DNA from: Gammaproteobacteria bacterium
Lineage (GTDB): Bacteria > Pseudomonadota > Gammaproteobacteria > Arenicellales > JAJDZL01
Reading direction: 5' to 3'
Assembly: GCA_047517965.1 (NCBI GenBank)
Contig: JAKZRU010000016.1
Location: 34,484 to 98,483, forward strand
Length of the DNA stretch: 64,000 nt
Shown: piece by piece, positions 32,161 to 41,167 of the stretch
Numbering within the stretch: the stretch's first letter is position 1
Layout of the letters: each line of letters opens with the position of its first letter
The notes under the pieces: generated by a model
Told to the model about the DNA's origin: nothing
The model's database searches: none
The model's input: the letters and a program-made list of their open reading frames with translations, nothing else
Translations under genes and position numbers: made by a program

Positions 32161-32664
32161 TTACTCACAATTCAGTTTATTCACTTGCTGATTCATGCAC
32201 ATCTCAAGAAATTCAAGCGCATTTCCTTTGCCCGGAATCTCCAAATCCTGGCTGATTTCAACCAGTGGTTCTAGCACGAATCGCCGTTCGTGCATTCGAG
32301 GATGCGGCAACGCCAGCTCTGCTGTATCTAGCTGTTCGCTTCCATACAGCAGTAGATCAAGATCAATTCTGCGCGGCCGATTCGGCAAACCGACCTTTAT
32401 TCTACCAATTGCTTTTTCGAGTTCCAGCAGGTGCCTGAGTAACGGCAGCGGTGCCAGAGTCGTTGAAATCTGGCAAACCGCATTCACAAAATCAGGTTGA
32501 TCAGAAAATCCAACCGGCTCCGACCCGTAGAGCGACGATCGTGCAACCACCGCGCATTGTCTGGATTGATCAACTGCATTCATGGCTTGAATGACTTGAT
32601 GCCGCGGATCATCAAGATTACTTCCAACTCCGATGTAAGCGGTGGATTCGTCTCGTCCGATCAT
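32161..32664 (-). CDS. folK: 2-amino-4-hydroxy-6-hydroxymethyldihydropteridine pyrophosphokinase
   Basis: YIGVGSNL, RPRRIDLDLLLYG, LPHPRMHERRFVL. 4-nt overlap with pcnB (pcnB-folK operon as in E. coli). Confidence 0.93.
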   Translation of the reverse strand: MIGRDESTAYIGVGSNLDDPRHQVIQAMNAVDQSRQCAVVARSSLYGSEPVGFSDQPDFVNAVCQISTTLAPLPLLRHLLELEKAIGRIKVGLPNRPRRIDLDLLLYGSEQLDTAELALPHPRMHERRFVLEPLVEISQDLEIPGKGNALEFLEMCMNQQVNKLNCE

Positions 32665-33929
32665 ACTCCGCGAGCCCCTCTCTTTCGTGGCGGCGGATGA
32701 TTTTTCCTTTGACTTTTTTCCATCATTTCAGTGCGAAGTTCGACCCATTTCCCGCACAGCGACACATCCACCTCGCCGAAATTTGCCCTCAGTTCAAAAA
32801 GACGAAGTGCCGGTCGAAAACTTCTGTCGTTCACTACTCTACTACGCCTTGGACTTTCATTTTCAAGCCTTTTCTGAAGCTGCCAGATATCCTGAATTCG
32901 AGACCCATGTATCCGCGAAATAAATATTCTTTGATTCTGCTGAGTCAACATATTCTCTGCAATAGGGAGTATCGTGTGATTCTTATTTCCAGAATGCCGG
33001 CGTCGTTCAAAAATCGCACGTAAATAAGGCATCCACAGCATTGCTGCCATCGTATATGCCATACTCAAAGGTTCCGTGCGTTGTACACGTTGATCCGTAT
33101 CTTGGAAAAGCAGATTCAACCAATGAACTGCACGGTCATCCACTCCAATCCCGAGACTGTCCGAATAGGCAGGAAAGAGTATTGGAAAAACAGCATGCTC
33201 GTTGAGCAACTGAAAGGTTGAGTACGCATGCCCGTTAAAGAATAATTTTATGAACTCATCACCAAGACGCGAATGCGATACATCACGGAGCAGGCCGGCA
33301 AGCTCGACGACAGGTTGCACTGTGTTCGCTTCTAGCTCGAATTCGAGCGAAGCTGCGAATCGGATTGCCCGAAGCATTCGTACCGGGTCTTCTCGATATC
33401 GATGCTCTGCGTTGCCGATCACTCGGATGACGCCCTCTTTCATATCTCGGAATCCATCCGTGTAGTCGATAATTTTCATATCTGAAGGATGCAGATACAA
33501 AGCATTAATCGTCAAATCCCTCCGGAATGCATCCTTTTCGATATTTCCAAAATTATTATCTTTCAAGATTTTTCCGGCGGCTGAAATGTTTCTCGCTCTG
33601 CTGAAACGGCTAGAGGAACCCGGTGCTGACCGGTAAGTAGCGACCTGAATGAGTTCAGCGCCTATTCGCACCTCGGCCAGCCGAAAGCGACGGCCAAATA
33701 CACGACATCTGCGAAACAGCCTTTGAATCTGCTCTGGCGTAGCACTGGTTGCGACATCAAAGTCTTTAGGACTCTTGCCAAGCAGCAAATCTCGAACACA
33801 GCCTCCTACAAGCTCTGCTGAAAACCCAGCAGACTTTAAAATTCGAGTGACATCCACCGCTCCAGAGCTTAATCTTGTACGTGAAATCCCATGCTCGGAA
33901 TTCGCAATAACCTTCGGTAGCGTCATCAA
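32661..33929 (-). CDS. pcnB: Poly(A) polymerase I
   Basis: CCA-adding/PAP nucleotidyltransferase head (VGGCVRDLLLGKSPKDFDVAT, RRDLTINALY) and a basic C-terminus. Confidence 0.92.
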   Translation of the reverse strand: MMTLPKVIANSEHGISRTRLSSGAVDVTRILKSAGFSAELVGGCVRDLLLGKSPKDFDVATSATPEQIQRLFRRCRVFGRRFRLAEVRIGAELIQVATYRSAPGSSSRFSRARNISAAGKILKDNNFGNIEKDAFRRDLTINALYLHPSDMKIIDYTDGFRDMKEGVIRVIGNAEHRYREDPVRMLRAIRFAASLEFELEANTVQPVVELAGLLRDVSHSRLGDEFIKLFFNGHAYSTFQLLNEHAVFPILFPAYSDSLGIGVDDRAVHWLNLLFQDTDQRVQRTEPLSMAYTMAAMLWMPYLRAIFERRRHSGNKNHTILPIAENMLTQQNQRIFISRIHGSRIQDIWQLQKRLENESPRRSRVVNDRSFRPALRLFELRANFGEVDVSLCGKWVELRTEMMEKSQRKNHPPPRKRGARGV

Positions 33930-34005
33930 TAAGCGACCTGTTTGGAGCAGAAATTTGAAATCTTTATTTGTGATACCATTTATTATTTATGTTAGCTGCA
34001 CGTCT

Positions 34006-34080
34006 GCTCCCTTCGTCTAGCGGTCAGGACATCGGCCTCTCAAGCCGGGAACAGGGGTTCGATTCCCCTAGGGAGCGCCA
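34006..34080 (+). tRNA. tRNA-Glu, anticodon CUC
   Basis: Folded by hand. Acceptor stem GCTCCCT/AGGGAGC. Anticodon stem TCGGC/GCCGG with loop C-T-CTC-A-A. T arm AGGGG-TTCGATT-CCCCT. Discriminator G and an encoded CCA. Overall very similar to E. coli tRNA-Glu. Confidence 0.9.
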
Positions 34081-34092
34081 TTTGAGTTTTTA

Positions 34093-34986
34093 TTGTCAAT
34101 CAGAGGTAAGTCCGTGGTTCAGTTGATCAGTGACGATATTCCTACACCAACTTCGAACATGGTCGATGTTGATGCCGAAAATTTCTTTGAACAAGTTGTC
34201 GAAAAATCGAGAACTGTTCCGGTTGTGGTAGATTTTTGGGCACCCTGGTGCGGTCCGTGCAAAACTCTTACCCCCATTCTTGAAGAACTCGCAAACGAAT
34301 ATGCGGGTGAATTTCAGCTGGCAAAAATCAACATTGACGAACAGCAGGAGCTGGCGATGCAGTTTTCTGTGCGCAGCGTACCCAGCGTTTTTTTGATCAA
34401 AGATGGCGCAATTGTAGATGGCTTTCAGGGAGCACAACCTAAAAATAACATCCAGCAGTTTTTGTCGAAACATTTTGCTCAGCAAAATCAATCGGCTGAA
34501 GATCCAATACAAAATCTGGTCAATCAAGGTCGAGTTTCCGAATCTATTGAGCAGTTAAAAAGTGATGATTCAGACGCGGCTCTTCTTCGTCTTGCAAATC
34601 TCTATCTGCGCCAGCAGGATTTTCAAAACTCTAAAGAAACGCTGGCCAAGATAAAGGAAGCTCACAATAATCCTGAGTATAAATCCATCGCCGCCGCGTT
34701 GGAGTTCATCGAACTTGCAGAAAACAGCCCATCTGAAGAAGAACTGCGCGACCAAATCCAACAGGACGAAAAAAACTGGCATGCTCACTATCAACTCGCT
34801 GCAATCAACCTGGTTCGAGGAGACGCAGTTTTCGCCCTAGACACCCTGCTTGAAATCGTCAGACAGGATCGCACTTTCAATGACGATGCCGGAAGACGTG
34901 GACTGATCAGAGCTTTCGATATGCTGGGCCAAAACCATGAACTGGTTCCAAAATACAGAAGCCTCCTTGCACGCACCCTGAACTAG
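34093..34986 (+). CDS. Thioredoxin-domain protein with C-terminal TPR-like domain (YbbN/CnoX-type architecture)
   Basis: Intact WAPWCGPCK active site followed by about 170 aa of helical repeats. The track start is TTG 34093; ATG 34159 (MVDVDAENFF) is an equally plausible start. Confidence 0.85.
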   Translation: MSIRGKSVVQLISDDIPTPTSNMVDVDAENFFEQVVEKSRTVPVVVDFWAPWCGPCKTLTPILEELANEYAGEFQLAKINIDEQQELAMQFSVRSVPSVFLIKDGAIVDGFQGAQPKNNIQQFLSKHFAQQNQSAEDPIQNLVNQGRVSESIEQLKSDDSDAALLRLANLYLRQQDFQNSKETLAKIKEAHNNPEYKSIAAALEFIELAENSPSEEELRDQIQQDEKNWHAHYQLAAINLVRGDAVFALDTLLEIVRQDRTFNDDAGRRGLIRAFDMLGQNHELVPKYRSLLARTLN

Positions 34987-35909
34987 CCTCTTGGATGATG
35001 CTGCCGAAGCAACTCCGAAAGGTGTTGTTTCGAGACATGCGTATAAATCTGAGTAGTTGACAGATCGCTATGTCCCAGCATCAGTTGAATGGTTCTGATA
35101 TCAGTGCCATTATTCAGTAAATGAGTGGCAAAAGAATGTCGCAAGGAATGAGGCGTAATTTCAGTTTGGATTCCTGCTTTAAGAGAATATTTTCGAATGA
35201 TCAGCCAGAAAGCCTGTCGCGTCATTCTTTTTCCGCGCGCGGTCACGAATAAATCATCACTCACCCGGCCCTTCAGAAGTTCCGGCCGGTGATGCTGGAG
35301 ATAGGTCTTTATCCACTCCACAGCAAACTCGCCCAATGGCACTAGTCTCTCGCGAGAACCTTTTCCGGTAAGACGTACCCAGCCATTGTCCAGGCTCACC
35401 GCATTCACCGAAAGACCGACAAGTTCGGATACTCGCAGCCCCGCACCATACAGAGTTTCCAGCATGGATCGATCCCGTACTCCAATGGCTGTATCTGTGC
35501 TCGGCGCTTCAAGCAGGCACTCTACTTCCTTTTCGGTCAACGTTTTAGGGAGCGATCTACCGATGAACGGAGAGGAAATATTATCTGTTGGGCAACTCTT
35601 CATTTTCGATTCAATCACACAGTAACGGTAGAAACGACGAAATGCACTTAACTGGCGCGACATAGATCGCGCACTATAACTGGATCGACTCGCCAGAAAT
35701 CGCATGATATCGCTGCGATCGGTTTGAACCAGAGACTTGCCTCTGGAATACTGCCACTTCGCCAGTGAATTGAGATCTGACCGATACGCATCAAGCGTCT
35801 TTTCTGCCAGTCCAGATTCTGACCATAGATTATCTGTGAATTGATCGATCAAACCCGCATCGTCGGGAGATATTTCGACTGTTTGGAATTTAGACATGCC
35901 AATATGCAA
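34983..35909 (-). CDS. xerD: Tyrosine recombinase XerD
   Basis: XerD N-terminus (IDQFTDNLWSESGLAEKTLDAYRSDL). Catalytic R...HxxR...Y (ARGKRMTRQ, HSLRHSFATHLL, LGHSDLSTTQIYTH). Confidence 0.93.
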   Translation of the reverse strand: MHIGMSKFQTVEISPDDAGLIDQFTDNLWSESGLAEKTLDAYRSDLNSLAKWQYSRGKSLVQTDRSDIMRFLASRSSYSARSMSRQLSAFRRFYRYCVIESKMKSCPTDNISSPFIGRSLPKTLTEKEVECLLEAPSTDTAIGVRDRSMLETLYGAGLRVSELVGLSVNAVSLDNGWVRLTGKGSRERLVPLGEFAVEWIKTYLQHHRPELLKGRVSDDLFVTARGKRMTRQAFWLIIRKYSLKAGIQTEITPHSLRHSFATHLLNNGTDIRTIQLMLGHSDLSTTQIYTHVSKQHLSELLRQHHPRG

Positions 35910-35910
35910 A

Positions 35911-37926
35911 TTATTTGGATTGAGGCAGATTTCTCAGCCGATTATTGATCACATGCTTGCTTCGAGGATCCAGCGTCGCGTCCCTCAACTCGGTATAGAT
36001 GATTCGTGCATCATCATAAAATCCGATTACTGCCAATTCATCGGCTGCTTTCAGCCGTGCGGACCTGCCCCAGCTGTCATTCCAATTTCCACCCATTTTT
36101 GCAGACTGAATCAAGAGTTCAGACGCATCTTGGCTGCGATCTTGCGCTGAATAAGAATCGGCTACCCAACGCAGAATTTCGCGCCGAGCCTGAATTTCAC
36201 TGGAATGGCGATACAGGCTGCGAAACAGCGAAACCGCAAGATCATGCTGTTCGCTTTCCTGCAAATCAAAGACGACCTGCATAGTTCGATCAATCGTCTT
36301 CTGTTCTGTATTGGGTGGCAACGCGTCAATCAGCTGGTTCAGCAATTCAAAACTCTGCACAAATTCCTTCACAACAATGGCAATTCGCGCTCTTCGCAGC
36401 AGCCATGACTGTAACTGATCCTCCTGTTCGGGCTGATCCATGACATTCATGATGAAGAGAGCAGTCCTGTAGTCATTGCGATGCAGTGCCCGGCTTGCTA
36501 ACAGACTCTGGATTTTCGGCGTCGTTTCGACAATATCCAGAAGATTTAGACGAACAAATATCGACTCAAGCAATCGGAGAAATCCTGCAGATTCGAGCTC
36601 ATTGGCCAATGCTGCTACGCTCGCACTGTAAATATCCGAGTTCGTTGCGCTGCCCGCAATAAATGAATAGATTGCTCGCGCGGTGATCGGCGAAGTGATT
36701 TCATACTCCTGAGCCAACTGATACCAGCTCTGGTCATCACCCACAACCAAATTGAAATCATTACCAACACTAAGCGCATATACATCATAGGCAGCCAGCA
36801 ACTGCTGCTCGGTGTTCAAAGGCACCAGTGAATTGCGAATTCGATCAGATTCGCTGTCGTAGGGTACCGACAATCCTTTTTCAATCGCCGTAATCTGAAT
36901 CTCCAGATCATTCAAGCTGCGCGCTGCCATACTGATTATGCTCCACAGTTCAGCACTCAGCACTGGGTGCTTAACCAGTTCCTCCTCCATTTTTAAGCCC
37001 AACTCAATCACTTCAATTGAGCCCAGTGCCTTACTCTGAAATTGCGAAAATAGAAGAAGCAGTTTGCCCTCTGTAGTCTGAAGCGCAGCCACGCGCTTTG
37101 CCGCTTTCTCATTAAATCCTGTAAGAAACAAAGTTCGGATGTAACGATGCTCCCAATCCGGATTACTCGGTCGATAATCCCGGTCGAACGAAGTCAGTGC
37201 CATTTCCGCATCTTCCAGAAGACTGTCCGCAACATAGCTTTCTGCTATCAATTCTCGCCACTCAATGATCCGCTCCAGTTCATACGGCAGTTCCCAAATC
37301 ATGCGTCGAAGACGTTTTCGGGCATTTTCGTACTGTCCAAGACCAAACTCAGCTTTTACCGCATAAGATTGCATGTCTGCGTAGAATTCGTACGGAACGG
37401 TATTGGCGATTTCTTCAGTTCTCTGAATGATTCCGTTCCAGTCTTCGGTCTGTGATGCGAGCTGGTAGTAGAGCATTTCCCAGCTGATCCAATCTTCCGA
37501 ATCCTCGTAATCCGGGCGAGTATCTTGTAAAAGCGCATAGGCGAGTTGAACCGTGCCCAGTTCGATCAGGGCATGAATTTGCTCAAGTGACGTTCCCGTA
37601 GGAAAGTCCGGCTTCTCCTCTTCCTGCGTAGAGCGGTCTGTATCGTCAGCTTCTTCGATTAATTCTGCACTCGCCGCGATCTGCTGCTGCTTCTCAGAAG
37701 TATTTTCAGACTGTGGCGCCTGATCCGCTGTGGCAACTTCAGACTGGAGCTGTTCGCTTTCTGTGACTTGCGCAACAACAGGAGAAACAGCGAATGTGCC
37801 AATCACCAAAGACAGACAAAGACAGCCTGATGTGAAGCTGAAAAAAACGTCAGAAAAATGGCGCAACAACCAAGTTGTTCCCTTCATTCGAAGCCGCATC
37901 TGCGGATGGCGGCAATACAAGTTCAT
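35911..37926 (-). CDS. Exported, all-helical repeat protein of unknown function
   Basis: 671 aa. Signal-peptide-like N-terminus ending VVAQ, an acidic/Gln-rich low-complexity segment, then about 550 aa with a TPR-like helical character. Ends 1 nt before xerD starts. I recognise no family motif. Confidence 0.6.
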   Translation of the reverse strand: MNLYCRHPQMRLRMKGTTWLLRHFSDVFFSFTSGCLCLSLVIGTFAVSPVVAQVTESEQLQSEVATADQAPQSENTSEKQQQIAASAELIEEADDTDRSTQEEEKPDFPTGTSLEQIHALIELGTVQLAYALLQDTRPDYEDSEDWISWEMLYYQLASQTEDWNGIIQRTEEIANTVPYEFYADMQSYAVKAEFGLGQYENARKRLRRMIWELPYELERIIEWRELIAESYVADSLLEDAEMALTSFDRDYRPSNPDWEHRYIRTLFLTGFNEKAAKRVAALQTTEGKLLLLFSQFQSKALGSIEVIELGLKMEEELVKHPVLSAELWSIISMAARSLNDLEIQITAIEKGLSVPYDSESDRIRNSLVPLNTEQQLLAAYDVYALSVGNDFNLVVGDDQSWYQLAQEYEITSPITARAIYSFIAGSATNSDIYSASVAALANELESAGFLRLLESIFVRLNLLDIVETTPKIQSLLASRALHRNDYRTALFIMNVMDQPEQEDQLQSWLLRRARIAIVVKEFVQSFELLNQLIDALPPNTEQKTIDRTMQVVFDLQESEQHDLAVSLFRSLYRHSSEIQARREILRWVADSYSAQDRSQDASELLIQSAKMGGNWNDSWGRSARLKAADELAVIGFYDDARIIYTELRDATLDPRSKHVINNRLRNLPQSK

Positions 37927-37972
37927 TACCGTCCTAATTTTGGTTCGAACGTACTGTTACAACGCTGAACAT

Positions 37973-37994
37973 AAAAGGCGCCCGAATTCGAGCG
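37973..37994 (-). terminator. Possible intrinsic terminator after rplS
   Basis: Minus strand reads CGCTCGAATTCGGGCG (6-bp stem, AATT loop) followed by CCTTTTAT, about 15 nt after the rplS stop. Confidence 0.35.
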
Positions 37995-38008
37995 GTGTTG
38001 GAGTTGAA

Positions 38009-38359
38009 TTATTTGATTTTTTCCTTGATTCGTGCTGATTTACCGGTGCGTTCTCGCAAATAATAAAGTTTCGCACGTCGAACGGCGCCACGACGTTTTA
38101 CCTCAACGCTGCGAATCAAGGGACTGTGAGTCTGAAACACGCGCTCCACACCTTCGCCATATGAAATTTTACGTACGGTAAAGGATGAATTCAGGCCCCG
38201 ATTGCGTTTGGCAATGACGACCCCTTCAAACGCCTGTTGACGCTCTCTTTCACCTTCCCGTATCAAAATTACTACACGGACTGTATCACCTGGAGAAAAA
38301 TCCGGTTGATCATCTCTAATCTGCTCAGCTTCAATTGCGTTAATCAAATTTCCCATCAT
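38009..38359 (-). CDS. rplS: 50S ribosomal protein L19
   Basis: 116 aa. FSPGDTVRV...[23 protein letters not shown] signature. Confidence 0.97.
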   Translation of the reverse strand: MMGNLINAIEAEQIRDDQPDFSPGDTVRVVILIREGERERQQAFEGVVIAKRNRGLNSSFTVRKISYGEGVERVFQTHSPLIRSVEVKRRGAVRRAKLYYLRERTGKSARIKEKIK

Positions 38360-39108
38360 GATTTCTCCAAGTTTTCATACTCGTCCTGAAATTCTTCCAG
38401 TGCCTTTGTACTTTCATCATCCAATTCAAATTTCTCAAACAAATCCGGACGACGTAGCCAAGTGCGCCCGATTGACTGCTTCATTCGCCATTGGCGAATT
38501 TGTTTATGATTTCCCGACGTCAGGACTTCAGGGACCGGCAATCCTTGAACAACCTGCGGGCGCGTATAGTGTATACAATCCAGCAATCCGTTTGTAAAAG
38601 AATCTTCTGAACTGGATTCTGCATTCCCCAATACGCCGGGCAACTGTCGCACGACAGCATCAATCATTACCATGGCCGCCAATTCACCGCCGGACAACAC
38701 ATAATCGCCGATTGACCATTCCTGAGCTTGTATTATATCCAATGCGCGCTGGTCAATGCCTTCATAACGCCCGCACAACAGGATCAATTCCGGTAAATCA
38801 GCTAACTTACAGACATCTTCATGCTGCAAACGCCGGCCCTGCGGACTCAGGTATATCACCGGTGTATTTTCACTTTCCCCGCGCCTTAATTTCGAAATAC
38901 ACGAGATTATCGGCTCTGCCAGCATCACCATTCCAGGACCGCCCCCGAACGGCCGGTCATCCAAAATTTTATGCAGTCCTTGTCCGTACTCCCGCAGATC
39001 AATTAGTTCGATATTAACGATGCTGTTCCTGATCGCTCGACCAGTCACGCCATATTCGGTGACCGCAGCAAACATCTGCGGGAAAATGCTGACAACACTT
39101 ATCCGCAT
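38356..39108 (-). CDS. trmD: tRNA (guanine37-N1)-methyltransferase
   Basis: [13 protein letters not shown] and [20 protein letters not shown] motifs. Confidence 0.96.
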   Translation of the reverse strand: MRISVVSIFPQMFAAVTEYGVTGRAIRNSIVNIELIDLREYGQGLHKILDDRPFGGGPGMVMLAEPIISCISKLRRGESENTPVIYLSPQGRRLQHEDVCKLADLPELILLCGRYEGIDQRALDIIQAQEWSIGDYVLSGGELAAMVMIDAVVRQLPGVLGNAESSSEDSFTNGLLDCIHYTRPQVVQGLPVPEVLTSGNHKQIRQWRMKQSIGRTWLRRPDLFEKFELDDESTKALEEFQDEYENLEKS

Positions 39109-39135
39109 AGTTGCTTCAGTTCGCTTCGATTGCAG

Positions 39136-39648
39136 TCAATAGTCTGTAAACCAATCTACAGTGATATTTCCGTCTTGCAGACTTACTTCACGGATCACGC
39201 TCGGCGTGTAAGGAATCAAGTGTGTGGATTCTCCATGAACTACTAGAACGTCATTTGCACCGGTTTCCATTATCTCTTCAACTGTGCCGTAAATTGCGCC
39301 ATTTACGTCAACTGCCTGCAATCCAATCAACTCGAACCAATAGAACTCTCCTGCTCCAAGACTCGGCAACGCAGATATGGGAAGTCGAACATCCGCACCT
39401 TTTAATGCTAGAGCTTCGTCTCGAGTCGCTATGCCCTCAAGTACAGCAACAATGAATTTTCCGTGAAGCTGGCTGGAAGATACACGAAAAGAAGACTCGA
39501 TTTGACCGGAAACTTCCAATATCCAATCCGAGTAGTTGAGCAGATTTTCCGGCTGCTCAGTAAAAGCTTTGAGCTTTACCTGCCCTTTGATCCCGAATGC
39601 ACCCAACACGCGGGCGACAACTACACTCCTGCCACTCGCACCGGGCAC
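39136..39648 (-). CDS. rimM: 16S rRNA processing protein RimM
   Basis: VARVLGAFGIKGQVKL N-terminal barrel, C-terminal PRC barrel. Position in the rpsP operon. Confidence 0.92.
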   Translation of the reverse strand: MPGASGRSVVVARVLGAFGIKGQVKLKAFTEQPENLLNYSDWILEVSGQIESSFRVSSSQLHGKFIVAVLEGIATRDEALALKGADVRLPISALPSLGAGEFYWFELIGLQAVDVNGAIYGTVEEIMETGANDVLVVHGESTHLIPYTPSVIREVSLQDGNITVDWFTDY

Positions 39649-39660
39649 CAGACTGTTTCG

Positions 39661-39903
39661 CTAAGTTCTTGCAGATTTTACGAGCGTCCGAACACGGCTG
39701 GATAGTTGTGCTCCATGCGATACCCAGTAATCGACCCGATCCAGATCGATTTTCAAGTTTTCCTCGTTTTCGCTCGCAATGGGGTTGAAGTAGCCAACCT
39801 GCTCGATGAATCTTCCAGTAGGCGAATGCCGCCTATCTGCAACTACGATCGAATAAAATGGTCTTTTCTTCGCTCCACCGCGCGCCAGTCGTATAACGAC
39901 CAT
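39661..39903 (-). CDS. rpsP: 30S ribosomal protein S16
   Basis: [17 protein letters not shown] signature. Confidence 0.97.
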   Translation of the reverse strand: MVVIRLARGGAKKRPFYSIVVADRRHSPTGRFIEQVGYFNPIASENEENLKIDLDRVDYWVSHGAQLSSRVRTLVKSART

Positions 39904-40004
39904 CCGTTAAACACTCCAAATGTATAGTCAATTAAACCGTCCAATTATATTCAAAACTGCAATTCCGTCATCAAATTTTTGAAAATTCAGGAATTTGCAT
40001 TTCC

Positions 40005-40032
40005 ATACTAATCTCACGACAGCTGTTGACAA
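40005..40032 (-). promoter_or_regulatory. Candidate sigma70 promoter for the rpsP operon (TTGTCA-N16-TAGTAT)
   Basis: Minus strand reads TTGTCA (40032-40027), a 16-nt spacer, then TAGTAT (40010-40005). A second candidate -10, TATAAT, lies at 39949-39944. Pattern match only. Confidence 0.3.
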
Positions 40033-40048
40033 TTGCCAACCTAAAATT

Positions 40049-40852
40049 TCACTTGGATCGGCCGTAAAATCCAACCCTTTCTGCATCACTGAATGATACA
40101 TTGGCATTTTCATAGTAGGACAACACGGCGATGATGCGAGGTGTGGCACCTTTTACTGGTGTAACTTGATGCGCAGTATTGCGTCCTTTGAAGATGTTCA
40201 GCGTTCCCGGCTCGAGCCGTAGTGTCGCTACCCGATCATCCTTACCTCCCAACAGACGGGAAACACCTTCATAGTTTGGATCGCTACTGCTTCTGAGCCC
40301 GTTTCGATATTCGAATAGACCACCAGACCTGGGGGATTGCAGCAATAATGTGGTGGTAAATTCGGACCGATCGAAATGCCAGTTCAATGCTTCTCCCGCA
40401 TAGTATGTCATGACATTAATTCGTGCAAGCGGGTCTGCCATCGGATGGAGCTGAGGCTTACCCATTACTGCCGCCAGAAAATCAATCAGCGGCTGCCACT
40501 CGTATATTCGGGTGATGAGATTAAATGGAATCTGATCGCCGCATATCGTGTGATTGATTGTCTTGAATCTGCTGAGTGCCGGATGATCTGATTCCACGCC
40601 TTCAAAATCGTCATCAAAATAAATATTATGCTCCCGGCAATGGGTAAACGCATCGGACTGAATCAGCGATTTCAATGCAGCAATGCATTGCTCAATGGAT
40701 GAGAGTCGAACAAAGCCTGCAAGACTGAACATGCCAAAGCGGCGAATTTCGCTCTGGCAGCGCCGAATCAATTCATCGTACGGCACACTGTTTGGACGAT
40801 CAATGGGATAGAGATTTAGGTTTAGATGCTGCCTCATGCTCAAAACTGGCAC
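40049..40852 (-). CDS. Fe(II)/2-oxoglutarate-dependent oxygenase, substrate unknown
   Basis: 267 aa. HxD in NWHFD, P4H-like strand TTTLLLQSPRSGGLFEY, distal His and Arg in NTAHQVTPVKGATPRIIAVLSY. Confidence 0.75.
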   Translation of the reverse strand: MPVLSMRQHLNLNLYPIDRPNSVPYDELIRRCQSEIRRFGMFSLAGFVRLSSIEQCIAALKSLIQSDAFTHCREHNIYFDDDFEGVESDHPALSRFKTINHTICGDQIPFNLITRIYEWQPLIDFLAAVMGKPQLHPMADPLARINVMTYYAGEALNWHFDRSEFTTTLLLQSPRSGGLFEYRNGLRSSSDPNYEGVSRLLGGKDDRVATLRLEPGTLNIFKGRNTAHQVTPVKGATPRIIAVLSYYENANVSFSDAERVGFYGRSK

Positions 40853-40876
40853 TACGTAGGAGAATTTTTCATTGAA

Positions 40877-41155
40877 CTATAGAAGTTTCATGTCGGTAAA
40901 CGAGACAGGTGAAGACAGTACCAAGTTACAAGCTCTCAGAAATCCATCCAAAATATTGACCGTATTCAAGCAGGCTCGACTCCAGTACAATTGCTGCCTC
41001 TGTTGTAAAAATTGCAATTGGCTCCAAATGGCCTTATACCTTGTCTGTACTTCACCCTGACACGACTTTATCAATCTGCCGTGCTTCAGGAGTCCTTCGG
41101 GAGCCATCACTTCCAGAACAGCTGGAAGATTTAGTGATATACGCTGTTCCGACAC
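40877..41155 (-). CDS. Hypothetical 92-aa protein upstream of the oxygenase
   Basis: An ORF on the same strand, 24 nt upstream of the oxygenase start. I recognise no family. Coding status is uncertain. Confidence 0.35.
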   Translation of the reverse strand: MSEQRISLNLPAVLEVMAPEGLLKHGRLIKSCQGEVQTRYKAIWSQLQFLQQRQQLYWSRACLNTVNILDGFLRACNLVLSSPVSFTDMKLL

Positions 41156-41167
41156 TTTTATACCAAA

